This document shows positions 20,476 through 31,093 of a stretch of 64,000 bases of DNA, one piece after another (positions within the stretch are counted from its first letter, which is position 1; each line of letters begins with the position of its first letter). The notes under the pieces are model-generated. The model worked only from the letters and a program-made list of their open reading frames with translations. It had not been told where the DNA came from and ran no database searches. Source of the DNA: Candidatus Eiseniibacteriota bacterium (GTDB lineage Bacteria > Eisenbacteria > RBG-16-71-46 > CAIMUX01 > VGJL01); the NCBI GenBank assembly GCA_963792585.1, contig CAWBWI010000005.1, positions 157,312 to 221,311 on the forward strand, given 5' to 3'. The position numbers and the translations under genes were made by a program.

Positions 20476-21726
20476 TTACAGCTTCTGCACCACCACCGCG
20501 GTGATGTCGTCCGTCTGCGGCGCGCTTCCGGCGTGCCGGTCGACCGCACCAAAGAGTGCGTCGAGGACATCGGCCACCGGAAGTCCTCGCGTCGCCCGCA
20601 AGACGTCCCGAAACCGGCGCAGGCCGAACGGTCTCCCCAACCGATCCTCACGCTCGATCAATCCGTCGGTGTACATCACGACCCTGTCGTCCGGCCGGAG
20701 GCGGACATGCCCCCGCTCGTAGCGCGCCGCGGGATTCGGACCGAGCACGAGCCCCCCCCGATCGAGCGCCAGAAAGCGGTCTCCCCGCTGCAGAAACGGC
20801 GGGTTGTGGCCGGCATTGCAGTAGATCAAAGTGCCGCTGCGCTCGAACTCTCCATAGAAGAGGGATATGAACTTGCTCGAGAGGGCGGCGCGGTGGATCA
20901 CCTCGTTGAGTCGCTCGATCACCCGCACGACCTTCAGCTCCGGACGGATCCCCATCCGCAGTCCGGTGATCACGTCGCGCGCGAGCAGGGCCGCCGGGAG
21001 TCCGTGCCCCGAGGCGTCGGCGATGGTCACGCCGAACATCGAATCCGTGAGGCGAAGGTAGTCGAAGACATCCCCTCCGACGATTTCCGTGGGGCGCGAT
21101 CGACCGTCGATCTGGTATCCGTCGAACTGAGGCGGCGCCGCCGGGAGGAGGCTCTCCTGGATCACGCGGGATTCCTCGAGGATCCCGGAGAACTTCTGCT
21201 GTTCGAGTCGGAGATTGACAACGTGCCGGACCGCGCTCAGGGAATAGAGGATGTTCTCCTCACGGACCTCTCCGTTGATCGAGAAGGCGATTACGTGGGT
21301 GTTCCCCTTACCCACCGCGATGGCGGCGAATGTGGATCCGACCCCGAGGGTCTCCTCGATCGTGTCATCGAAGCCGGGGTCCCCGTGCTTCATGATCACG
21401 AGCCCTTCGTCGAGGGTCCGCTGGTGCGGGGGGTAGCTCCGCGGGACGCGATAGCCGATCGGCGCGCCGCGATTCGACCCGATCCGGACGAAAAGGGAAA
21501 AGTCCTCCCCGTCCCGCCGGTAGAGACGGCCGTGCTCGAATCCAAGTTCCTCCTGGAACCCCGAGATCAGGCTCTCGAGGATCCCCGAGAGCATCGTGGA
21601 CGGATCCTCGGCATGCTCGATCCTGCCGAGGACGGTCTCGAGCTTCCGGTAGAGCGCCTTGAAGTCCGCTCTCTTGGTCTCCAAGGTGGACACCGCCTTC
21701 GCCTGGGTCATCAGGACACCTTCCAT
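20476..21726 (-). CDS. SpoIIE/RsbU-type PP2C phosphatase with N-terminal GAF-like region
   Basis: VGGDVFDY, IADASGHGLPAAL, CNAGHNPP, YTDGLIE, DDITAVVV. Confidence 0.88.
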   Translation of the reverse strand: MEGVLMTQAKAVSTLETKRADFKALYRKLETVLGRIEHAEDPSTMLSGILESLISGFQEELGFEHGRLYRRDGEDFSLFVRIGSNRGAPIGYRVPRSYPPHQRTLDEGLVIMKHGDPGFDDTIEETLGVGSTFAAIAVGKGNTHVIAFSINGEVREENILYSLSAVRHVVNLRLEQQKFSGILEESRVIQESLLPAAPPQFDGYQIDGRSRPTEIVGGDVFDYLRLTDSMFGVTIADASGHGLPAALLARDVITGLRMGIRPELKVVRVIERLNEVIHRAALSSKFISLFYGEFERSGTLIYCNAGHNPPFLQRGDRFLALDRGGLVLGPNPAARYERGHVRLRPDDRVVMYTDGLIEREDRLGRPFGLRRFRDVLRATRGLPVADVLDALFGAVDRHAGSAPQTDDITAVVVQKL

Positions 21727-21824
21727 GTCTCCTCCGCGCGGTCGCTCTTTCCAAGACGCAGGGAGACGGCCATCCGTTCAGTGGGAAGATACCGGTTCGG
21801 GAGGGGGGAAGAAAACCGGGTCCG

Positions 21825-22976
21825 TCAGCCGTGCCGTTCCCGCAGGATGTGGGCTGCCTCGACGATGCGACGCATCTTTCCCGTCGCCGTGGCTTCGTCG
21901 TTCACGCAGCGGTCGGCGAAACACCCGAATCCGCAGTCGGGATTCAGGAAGATCGCCTCGGGGGGGTAGAACGCCAAGGCGCGCTCGACCCGCGCGACGA
22001 TTTCGTCGACGGTCTCGATCTCCGCGGTCCTCGGGTTGACGACCCCGAGACCGATCTCCCGATCGCCGAGGGCCGTGCCCACGACCTCGACATCCCCGGC
22101 GCGCGGGGTCGCGTACTCGAGGACGAACTGGCGCACGCGCATCCGATCGAAGGCGGGCAGCAGGCGCGTGTAGTCGCCCGACAACAGGACATCCTCCCGC
22201 CGGCTCCAGTTCCCGCGGCAGACATGGATGCCGATCCGCATCGCGCCGAGCCCCTCGACCACTTTGTTCAGGAGGTCGGCAGCGTAGTCGAGTTCCGAAC
22301 CCGCGTCCCGGCGGGTTGCCAGTGTCGCTCACATGAATGTTCGTCGATCGCATTCCTCCGACATGACGATCTCCGTCAGGACCGGCTCGTCGAACTGGAC
22401 GAAGTCGCACCCAGCCGCCGCGAGATCGGACAGCTCCTCGCGAAGCAGCCGGACGACATCTTCACCCATCTCGGTCTTGTCGGAGTAGACCTTCCCGGAG
22501 AAGGCGCCGACCCACATCGCGCGCGTCAGCAGGTACGGACCCGGCAGGGTCACCTTCACGGGCTTGTCCGTCAGTCCGCGGACGAAACGGAACTCCTCGA
22601 GCGCCAGCGGCTCGCGCCGGGAGAGTCGACCGACGCATGTCGGGTTGCTGATCGCGGAAGCGGGCACGTCGAGGGTCGAGAGCATCTCCTCGAATCCCGA
22701 CTTGTCCTCGACCGTGTCGAGCATCTCGGCCAGCGTCATCAACCTGGCGCCGTTCAGCTTCTCGGAGACGAATGAATAGAAGTTGTCCCTGCGGTGCTCG
22801 CCGTCGACGACGATGTCGACGCCGGCGTCGAGCTGGATCTGAACGGTTCGCCGGACTTCTTCGTCGGCGATCCGCTCGAAGGCCTCGCTCGCGATGCGGC
22901 CCTTGCGCCGGTCCCTCAGTGCGCGCAGGAGTTCCTGCGAGCGCGGCCAGCTTCCTACCTGGGTCACCGTGAACAT
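21825..22976 (-). CDS. Cobalamin-independent methionine synthase II family protein, 383 aa if the in-frame TGA is read as selenocysteine
   Basis: ORFs 22329..22994 and 21825..22262 are in the same frame, separated only by TGA at 22331-22329 (RRTFM*ATLATRRDAGSELDYAADLLNKVVEG). Motifs VGSWPRS, DGEHRR, QFDEP, HVCRGNW, LEYATPRAG, NPDCGF. Confidence 0.85.
22295..22322 (-). promoter_or_regulatory. Candidate bacterial SECIS hairpin in the MetE-like gene
   Basis: mRNA after UGA reads GCGACA-CUG-GC-AACCCGC-CGGGAC-GCGGGUU-CGG: perfect 7-bp upper stem starting 11 nt after UGA, G in loop position 2. Confidence 0.7.
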
Positions 22977-22990
22977 GGTCGGATGTCCTC

Positions 22991-23734
22991 TCACACGATC
23001 GCCAGCTTGAGGTCGAGGTCGACCGCCCGCCTCAGGGTCGAGGCGATCGGCGAGCGGAGAACGGTGCGCTCCCAGGCCTCCCGCACGCGGCCTTCATCCT
23101 CCATGGTCGAAGCGAAGCACTTCACCTCGATCCTCTGGAATGAGGGGTCGCCCTCCTGCAGGCCCAGGTGCGCCAGGACGTTTCCCAGCCGCCCCTTGAT
23201 CGTGATCTCCACGTCATCGATCCCGATGCCGGACCGGGAGCACTCGGTGGCGAAACCGACGGTGAGGTCCCCCGCCAACGCGCCGAGCATCACCTCGACC
23301 GCCGACGGATGCCGGTCCTTCTCCTCGAAGCTCGCCGGCTGCCCGACGTCGAACGAGAAGTTCCTGCAGTAGACGGTGCTCTTCAACGGACCGGTCGCGC
23401 GGACGCGCAGGCGCCACTCGTACTCGCGGGCGCGTTCCTTGTCCTTCTCCAGGGCCCTCTGCTCGTCCGCGGTATTCCCCCCGCGCCGAACGAAGTAGCG
23501 GGCCAGGGGCCCTTCCTTCACCGCGCCGAGGAACTCGTGGCCGACCATCCGGCACCAAGGGGGAAGGTCATCGCCGACGGTCGGCTCATGGCTGCGCATC
23601 TCGAGGACTCCCCCGTCCGGGACCTTGAGCATGTGCTCCCGAATCAGGAGGATCAGCCCGGAGCCGCAGTCGAGCTCTCCGCCGTCGAAGACGTGGTCGG
23701 GTCGGATCGCAGCCGGATCGATGGGTTCGGTCAT
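22991..23734 (-). CDS. TusA-like sulfur carrier fused to an OsmC-like domain
   Basis: N-terminal FDGGELDCGSGL...DLPPWCRMVGHEFLG (TusA/SirA fold). C-terminal PSAVEVMLGALAGDL...RSPIASTL (OsmC fold). Confidence 0.8.
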   Translation of the reverse strand: MTEPIDPAAIRPDHVFDGGELDCGSGLILLIREHMLKVPDGGVLEMRSHEPTVGDDLPPWCRMVGHEFLGAVKEGPLARYFVRRGGNTADEQRALEKDKERAREYEWRLRVRATGPLKSTVYCRNFSFDVGQPASFEEKDRHPSAVEVMLGALAGDLTVGFATECSRSGIGIDDVEITIKGRLGNVLAHLGLQEGDPSFQRIEVKCFASTMEDEGRVREAWERTVLRSPIASTLRRAVDLDLKLAIV

Positions 23735-23737
23735 TTC

Positions 23738-24103
23738 CTAGTACGACACACTCGGCGTGCCGCCGGAGAGGAACTCGACGAGCGCCGCCCCACCCGCGAG
23801 GGTCGCGCCGGGGATCAGCTGATCCTCCGTGATCGCCCGCTTCTTCGTGCAGGGCGTGCAGACGAGGATCTTGCCGCCGCCGGCAATGTACTTGTCGACG
23901 AGCTCCTTGAGGGGCGCGAATGGCGCGCCGATCGAGATCTTCTCCGCCTCTCCCTTCACCGCGGCCCAGACGCCGTCGGTGCTGAGAAAGATCATCGTAT
24001 CCTTCTCGCTACCCAGAGCCGCGTTGGCGACGACGAAACCGACCGTCGCCTTGTCGCCGTCCTCGCGGCAGTGGTTGAGCAAGACACAGAACTTCTCCGC
24101 CAT
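23738..24103 (-). CDS. DsrE/DsrF-like family protein
   Basis: KATVGFVVANAAL, IFLSTDGV, GGKILVCTPCTKKR. Confidence 0.85.
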   Translation of the reverse strand: MAEKFCVLLNHCREDGDKATVGFVVANAALGSEKDTMIFLSTDGVWAAVKGEAEKISIGAPFAPLKELVDKYIAGGGKILVCTPCTKKRAITEDQLIPGATLAGGAALVEFLSGGTPSVSY

Positions 24104-24104
24104 A

Positions 24105-24353
24105 CTAATCGCTCCTCTCTTTCACCTTCACGAGGTAGTAGGGGTGCTTTGCTTCGATCAGCCGGTGCCCCGTCATGCGGCACCATGCCGGCATCTCCAC
24201 AGGCGCCCCCTCGTCGTGCGCTGTCACGAGGACGAACGTTCCGCCCTCCTGTTTCCGAAAATGCATGCGCAGATCGATCAGGATCTCACCGCAGCCGGTG
24301 CCTTTCCCATCGAACTCCGAGTCATGCTTCCAGCCCGCGGGCGGACCGTCCAT
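24105..24353 (-). CDS. TusA/SirA-family sulfurtransferase
   Basis: 82-aa MDGPPAGWKHDSEFDGKGTGCGEILIDL...EMPAWCRMTGHRL. GGGAGG RBS. Confidence 0.8.
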   Translation of the reverse strand: MDGPPAGWKHDSEFDGKGTGCGEILIDLRMHFRKQEGGTFVLVTAHDEGAPVEMPAWCRMTGHRLIEAKHPYYLVKVKERSD

Positions 24354-24560
24354 CGTGCCAGCCTCCCAGCCCGCCTGGGATTCGAGCCCCCGGCGGACAT
24401 GGGCTCGATCGTAGCACCTGCCTTCTCCATTCTGTGTCGCATCTTGCCTGTGCCGCATCTTGCTGCCTCGAGGCTCGCCCGCGTGATAGAATTGGTCGGA
24501 TTGTTGTGGTCTGACCTCGTGCGCGGCCGCGCACGGCGCACGGAGGTGTGCTTGAGACGA

Positions 24561-26690
24561 ATGCTCCTCGTCTGCCTTCTGCTCCTCCCCGCGAGGACGA
24601 ACGCCATCACCCTCCGGGAAGCCTTCGAGCGGGCGGGCCCGGCGGATGGCTACGACAAGTACGTCGTCCTCGAACCGGGAGTGACCTACACGGGCGGACT
24701 CCTGATCGGCCCGATCTTCAGCCCGATCGCCTATGGGCTCGAAGGAGAAGAGGGGAAGGACGTACGGATCGTCGGGAACGGAGCAGTCCTCGATCTGCGG
24801 GGTGGACAGATCTGCATCTCCTATTGCATGAACCGCCTCGACATCGACGACTGCGTCGTGCTTCGTGGCAACATCCGTTTCCGTGGGATCAATACCGCGG
24901 ACGATGTCGCGCTCCCGACGGGATCGGTCCGGCACGTCACCTTCTACAAGCCGCACGACTACGGAATCCGACTCCAGGGCTCCGGAGACGGGATCACGCT
25001 CGAACGCAATCTGGTCGTCGATGCGGTCGACACCGGCTGGGATTACGTCTACATGACCGGAATCTCAAATAGCTGGTTGCCCACGGGGACCAACATCTCG
25101 TTCAGCGGGCAGTACGGATGGTACGGCACACCCGTGGTGCGCGAGAACTGGTCCTACCAGAGCGACCCGGTTCGCAATGCCGATCCTCTGACCCACTTCT
25201 CGCGGCTCTGCGAATACGGCTGATTCGCGCCGATGCCGTGGCCGGGCGCCACCATGCCTCCGAACAACAACCGTTTCGGGGTGGATCCTCTCCTGCGGAA
25301 TCCGGAGGAAGGCGATTACCGGCCGGAGCCCGGATCACCGGCTGAAGGATACGGCTGTCGGACATTCCCACCCGGCGGGCCGCGGGCCGGCGCGCAAGAG
25401 GCACCCCGACCCACAGCCCTTCCCGCCGCGGGGACGCGGGAAACGGTTCAGGTTTCCGGTCCGATCCATGGCGACACCTCATGGGATGCCGATACGATCG
25501 CGGTCGTCGGCGACGTCACGATCGAAGACGGCGTGACCTTGTGGATTCGGCCGGGCGCATGCGTCGCCTTCCAGGGCGCCTACTCCTTGACCGTGATGGG
25601 TCGGCTCCTTGCGATTGGCACGCCGGAGCAGCGCATTGTCTTTACCGGTGGGGCGGCCATGGCTCGCACGGCGGGATCACGCGAAGGAAGCTGGACGGGG
25701 ATCCGCTTCCCGCGCACCGCGGCGACGAATGACTCGACGCGCCTCGAGTACTGCGTCATCGAGTACGCGCGGGCCCCCGCAGGGGGATCCTTCGGCGGCG
25801 CCCTTTTCTTCGACGGTTTCTCGAAGGCCGCCATCGTGAACTCGATCCTGCGCAGCAACGTGGCGCAGTTCGGCGGCGCCGTCTTCTGCATCCGCCAGGC
25901 ATCTCCGCGTTTCGCCGGCACGCTCATCACCGGCAACTCTGCGGAGGTCACCGCCTCGGCCGTCTACAGCATCGACTCCTATCCCACCTTCGCGAACTGC
26001 ACGATCGTGAACAACCACGACCGGAACGCCGAGCCGAGCTGGCCGACCGCCGCGTTCGTCAACTTCATCGCGAAGGCGCGCACGACCGGCTGCGTGGTTT
26101 GGGACAACCCCTCCTCCTACTTCCTCCCAACCCAGATGATCGAACCGAAGGCACCCTACACCACCTACGACGACATCCAGGGAGGGATCCCGGGCGAGGG
26201 AAACATCGACCTCGATCCGGCCTTCGCCGGAGATGCGGGACATCCCTATCGCCTGAGGGCCGACTCCCCGTGTCGGGACGCGACGGGAAACGCGACCGTT
26301 GGCCTGCCGGACCTCGATCTGGCCGGGTCGCTGCGGGTCGTCGGGGCGGCCGCTGACATCGGAGCCTACGAGTGGATCGACCCGAGCAGCGCGACCGAAA
26401 CCAGCGCGACGCCCCGCTTCGACTTCTCCCCGTGTCCGAATCCGACGGGCGGCGAGTCGGTCCTGCGTTTCACACTGCCCGCGCCGGCGCGTGTCGAAAT
26501 CGGGATCTATGATCTTGAGGGCCGACTCGTGCGCACCCTGCCCGGCGCCGACCTCGCATCGGGATCGCACGTGATGATCTGGGATGGAACGGACGCATCG
26601 GGTCGATCGGCGGCGGCGGGCGTCTACTATGCCCGGCTTTCGGCGGGGGACGCCGCCTCCGCCGTCGCGAAGATCACGATCGCAAGATAG
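24561..26690 (+). CDS. Secreted right-handed beta-helix protein with FlgD-Ig C-terminus, ~709 aa if the in-frame TGA is read as selenocysteine
   Basis: GGAGGT RBS and signal peptide MLLVCLLLLPARTNA (alternative TTG start at 24552). The ORF ending at TGA 25221-25223 and ORF 25233..26690 share a frame (RLCEYG*FAPMPWPG). C-terminal PNP...WDGTDASGRSAAAGVYY. Confidence 0.75.
25233..25255 (+). promoter_or_regulatory. Candidate bacterial SECIS hairpin in the beta-helix gene
   Basis: AUG-CC-GUGGC-CGGGC-GCCAC-CAU, loop 19 nt after UGA. Same CGGG loop start and 2-nt 5' bulge as the hairpin in the MetE-like gene. Confidence 0.6.
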
Positions 26691-26763
26691 GCCTGCAAGC
26701 GCGATCGTTGCGTCGTCTTCCGGGGCGGGCGGCACGCGCGATGCGATCCCGTCCGTGAAGGCC

Positions 26764-29008
26764 TCAGTCTGTGGCGCCGCCCACCACGACCTTGCCGGTC
26801 GCCGCAAATCCGGGCCCGCGCAAGCGGAGGAAGTAGGTCCCGGGCGCGGGCCGGGAACCATCCTTGCGCCTCCCGTCCCACGCAACGTCCCACTCCCCGG
26901 CATCGAACATGCGATCCGCGAGGATCGCGACCCGGCGCCCCGCCGCATCGAAGAGCTCGAGCCGCGCGGCACCCGCGTTCGGCGTACGGATCCGAATTCG
27001 GGTCGAGGGACCGACCGGATTCGGCGCGATCGATCCGATCTCGGCGAGGCTCCGCGCCCCGGCGGCCTCCGCCACCCCGCTGACCCCGCGCTCGATCTCG
27101 GCAAGGAACCAGGTCGCGTTCTCGGCGGTGATGTCGACGTGCCCCTGATTGTCGGCCGGGAAGTAGACCGCGTCGAAGGGGGTATGGGTGAGGACGTCGG
27201 GATCGCCGGCGATGTCGTAGAACAGATCGGTCGTATCGAGCGCGAGCGCGCTCACGGTCGGGATGAAGCAGTGGTTGGGATACGGAGCGATGATGTCCCC
27301 GTAGCCGGGATCACTCGCGCCGAGCTGTGCCATCGTGTCCCGCCATCCTCCCGGCGCATTGTCGTAGGGCCGGGTCCCCGCGATCGTGATGGTGACCTCG
27401 TCGGCCGGCAGGAAGATGTAGTCGATCATTCCGTGGAAGATGTCGTGGCTCGACATGTTCGGCACGGCCCAGCAGTTCCCCGTGATGTCGACGAGGAAGC
27501 TCGTGTACTCCCAGCGGATGATCTGGGCGCCGGCGGCGAAGCCCTGGCTCCACCTGGATCCGCTCCCGTTCGCGATCGCGACCTTGCGCGGCGCCGGTCG
27601 GCTAGTCCCCCACGGCGGCGATTTCGGACATCAGGGCCGTCCGCAGCGGATCGGCCTGCCCCCCGCCGCCGGGCGGATCGGTGTGGTGGTAGACGAGCAG
27701 CTGCCGCGCGGCCGGCGTGTCGAGCGACGCGAGGTTCGCCGCCGCCTCGGTCGACTGGTCGGAGAAGAACCAGAGCCAGTACTGGATCCCGAGCGGAATG
27801 TCCGCGCCCGAGTTGCGGCGAGTCGAACGAGATGAAGGTGCGCACCGAGTGGGGAAGGCCGTGCGTCTCCATGTAGGCGAGCGCATAGCGACCGACCAGG
27901 CCCCCCATGCTCGCGCCGACCAGCGCCATGGTGTTCGCTGGACCGACGGCCGCGCGAATCTTGCCCGATCAGCTCGACGGCGACGAAGGCGTTGCGCTGG
28001 ATGTAGTCGCCGCCGTTCGCGAAGTTAAGGACGACCGCGTCGAAGCCGCGACTCCGAAGCTCCTCTACGAGCTGCTCCCGGTTGAGGAGCGCGTAGAGTT
28101 CGTCCCAGTTCATCGTGTTGTCCGGATCGAATCCCTCGATCAGGAGCGACGGGCTTGGTCAGCGTCGGCATGCTGGCCGGAGAGGTAGACGTACGCGTCA
28201 CCCGCGCCGTAGCCGCCGAGATACGGAATCGTCGCCGTGACATGGAGCGTGTCGTTGGGCGCGGGGGCCAATAGCTCGCGAACCTCGAACGGGAAGCCGG
28301 CCTCGAGGGTCGCTCCGTCGTCGAAGAGGGAACGCAGCCGGATCTGTTCCAGTCCCGTCTCCGGATACCGCACGTCCATCCCGCTTCCCATGGAAACGAC
28401 GACGAAGCCGCGCCCATCGTCGAAGTCGATCATCGTCGAGAGCCGCGCGGCCGGGTCGTTGCCGAAGGAAGCGTCGGCATCCACGCGAAACCGCACCTTG
28501 GAGCCGCGGTAGGTGTGGTCCCGCAGGGGCGCCGCGGCGAAGACGCGCCCGGCGACGAAGGGGTTGCCGCTACCCATCTCCAACCGTGACCCCCGGACGA
28601 CGAGGGATCCGTCCTCGAGCGCATCGGGCCGGATCCGGTCGTAGCGGAAGTCCATGACCACGATCGGGATGTTCGCGGGCCCCGACATCTCCTCGCCGCG
28701 CGCGATGATCGAGGGGAGATCCGGCCAGGACGGGGTCGCGATCGACGCCCGTCGGATTCGTCGTAGAGCTGGCGCCACTGTTGAAGGTCCGTCGGCTTCG
28801 AATCCTCCCCGCCGTCGTGTTCCTCGATCCGCGATAGGGGAACCACCCGATCATAGAGGATGCCCGTCGGGACGCTCTCGGCGGGCAGCGCTCCCAGGAT
28901 CTCCCCCAACCGCTCTGTTACGTTCCGTGCAGGCGCCGATCTCACGCCCGACGGAGCAAGAACGACCAGACAGGCGACGACCAGTGTGGCGCGGCCGGCG
29001 TGAGACAT
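26764..29008 (-). CDS. Secreted alpha/beta-hydrolase-domain protein with FlgD-Ig C-terminus (several frameshifts)
   Basis: Signal peptide, VPTGILYDRV, GGDYIQRNA, GASMGGLVGRYAL (GxSxG), HCFIPTVSAL, WDGRRKDG, spread over five or more frame segments. Confidence 0.7.
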
Positions 29009-29152
29009 GCGGACACCTCCTGCGAATCGGACCGTCTCGGCGCGAACAGAGCGGGACTGAGTATTCTATCAGAAGCCGCGTTCGCGCCGGGCCCTGGAGT
29101 ATGATGGATCGAAGCCGGCCGCCGCCATCGCAACCCACCTGGAGGATCACCC

Positions 29153-30086
29153 GTGGACCCGGCACGCGCCCTCGACCGACGTCGATTCCTGAGCGCCGCC
29201 ATCGGCATCGCGGCTGCCGTACCGCTCATCGGTCAGTTCCGGCACGCTGCGGCATCGACGGAAACCACCCAAGGAGCCCCCGCCATGAGCCCCGAAAAGC
29301 CCTTCCCGGGCCGCATGCCGGTCCTCTTCATCGGCCATGGATCCCCAATGAACGCGATCGAGGACAACGAGTGGAGCCGCCAGTTCCGGGCTCTCGCGAC
29401 GTCGCTCCCCCGCCCCCGAACGGTTCTGTCGATCTCCGCACACTGGTTCGTGCCGGGGACCTTTCTCACGGGCAACGAACGCCCCGAGACGATTCACGAC
29501 TTCGGCGGGTTTCCCCAGGCGCTCTTCGACATGCAGTATCCCGCCCCCGGGAGACATCGAACTGGCCAAGCACGTCGTCGAACTCCTTGGCCCCGAACGC
29601 GCATCGATCCGGACGGACTGGGGGCTGGATCACGGGACGTGGACGGTCCTGCATTACCTCTTGCCAAGGGCCGACTGCCCCGTCGTGCAGCTCAGCATCG
29701 ATGAGCGGATGCCGCCCGCCGGCCATCTGGCCCTGGGCCGCGTCCTGGCCCCGCTCCGGGATGCCGGCATCCTCGTCCTTGGCAGCGGCAACATCGTTCA
29801 CAACCTTCGCTATGCGTTGACGAGCGCCGCGAGGGGTGACCTCTCGACCCCCGAGTGGGCCGCCGCGTTCGATGCCGATATCGCCCGCGCGATCGAACAG
29901 CACGACGGGGCCTACCTCGCTTCGGCGGTCGAGAACGCGAACGGGAAGATGGCCCATCCGACCCTCGACCACTATCTCCCGCTCCTCTACGCCGCGGGGG
30001 CTGCCGATCCTTCGGATCCGGTTCGTTTTCCGATACAAGGCTTCGACTACGGATCGCTCTCGATGCGGGCCGTCCAATTCGGGTGA
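29153..30086 (+). CDS. ygiD: 4,5-DOPA extradiol dioxygenase (LigB family), frameshift near 29550
   Basis: MPVLFIGHGSPMNA, ISAHW, TIHDFGGFP, then in another frame DHGTW, PVVQLSID, GSGNIVHNL, AHPTLDHYLPLLY. Confidence 0.85.
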
Positions 30087-30187
30087 TCCGTCGGTTGGAA
30101 TACGCCGCTTTGACGAGATTCCCGGCGATTGGCTACCATGTCCCGTTCTAAATGGATGGCATCCGAAGACAAAGGAGTTGAGAAGGA

Positions 30188-31093
30188 ATGGCACTCGATC
30201 GAACGATTCTCGTGACCGGCGCCACCGGCGCCCAGGGCGGCAGCGTCGCCCGCAACCTACTCGCGGGCGGCCGGTTCGCCGTCCGCGCACTCACACGCAA
30301 ACCGGACAGCGACGCGGCGAAGGGGCTGACGAAGGCCGGCGCCCAGGTGGTCCAGGGCGATCTCGCCGAACCGGCGAGCATCCGCAAGGCGCTCGAGGGC
30401 TGTTACGGCGTCTTCGGCGTGACGAGCTTCTGGGAGCACTTCACAAAGGAGTACGACCACGGAAAGAACCTCGTCGACGCGGTCGCTGCGGCGGGAGTGA
30501 AGCACTTCGTCTTCAGCACTCTCCAGTCGATCAAGAAGACGGCTCCGGAGCTCGATGTCCCGCACTTCGAGCTGAAGTCGCAACTCGAGGACCTGACGCG
30601 TAGCGCGGGCATCCCGGCGACGTTTGTCCACGTCGCCTTCTACTTCGACAACTTCATCGCCTTCGTCCCGCCACGCAAGCAGGAGGATGGCTCCTACGCG
30701 ATCGGGTTCCCTCAGGGCGACACGCCGTTGGCAGGGGTTGCCGTAGGCGATGTGGGGGGCGTGATCTCCTCGATCTTCGAGCAGCGGGACGCTTTCCTCG
30801 GGAAGATCATTCCGATTGCCGGCGACGAGATGCCACCCGCGATCTATGCGGAGATCATGTCTCGGGAGACCGGCCGCAAGGTCGTCTACAACTACATCCC
30901 CCGCGAGGTCTTCGCCAAGTTCGGCTTTCCCGGCGCGGCGGAGGTCGCGGACATGTTCGAGTACTACCGCATCCACATCCCGAGCCGGAAGCCGGACATC
31001 GAGCGGGCCCGCGCCCTCTACCCGAAGCTGCAGAACTTCGAGCAGTGGGCGCATGCGAACCGCGAGGCGTTGATCGCCGCTCTGGGGGACTGA
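30188..31093 (+). CDS. NmrA/HSCARG family NAD(P)-binding protein
   Basis: ILVTGATGAQGGSV, VRALTRKPDS, GKNLVDA, VPHFELK. Confidence 0.9.
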   Translation: MALDRTILVTGATGAQGGSVARNLLAGGRFAVRALTRKPDSDAAKGLTKAGAQVVQGDLAEPASIRKALEGCYGVFGVTSFWEHFTKEYDHGKNLVDAVAAAGVKHFVFSTLQSIKKTAPELDVPHFELKSQLEDLTRSAGIPATFVHVAFYFDNFIAFVPPRKQEDGSYAIGFPQGDTPLAGVAVGDVGGVISSIFEQRDAFLGKIIPIAGDEMPPAIYAEIMSRETGRKVVYNYIPREVFAKFGFPGAAEVADMFEYYRIHIPSRKPDIERARALYPKLQNFEQWAHANREALIAALGD

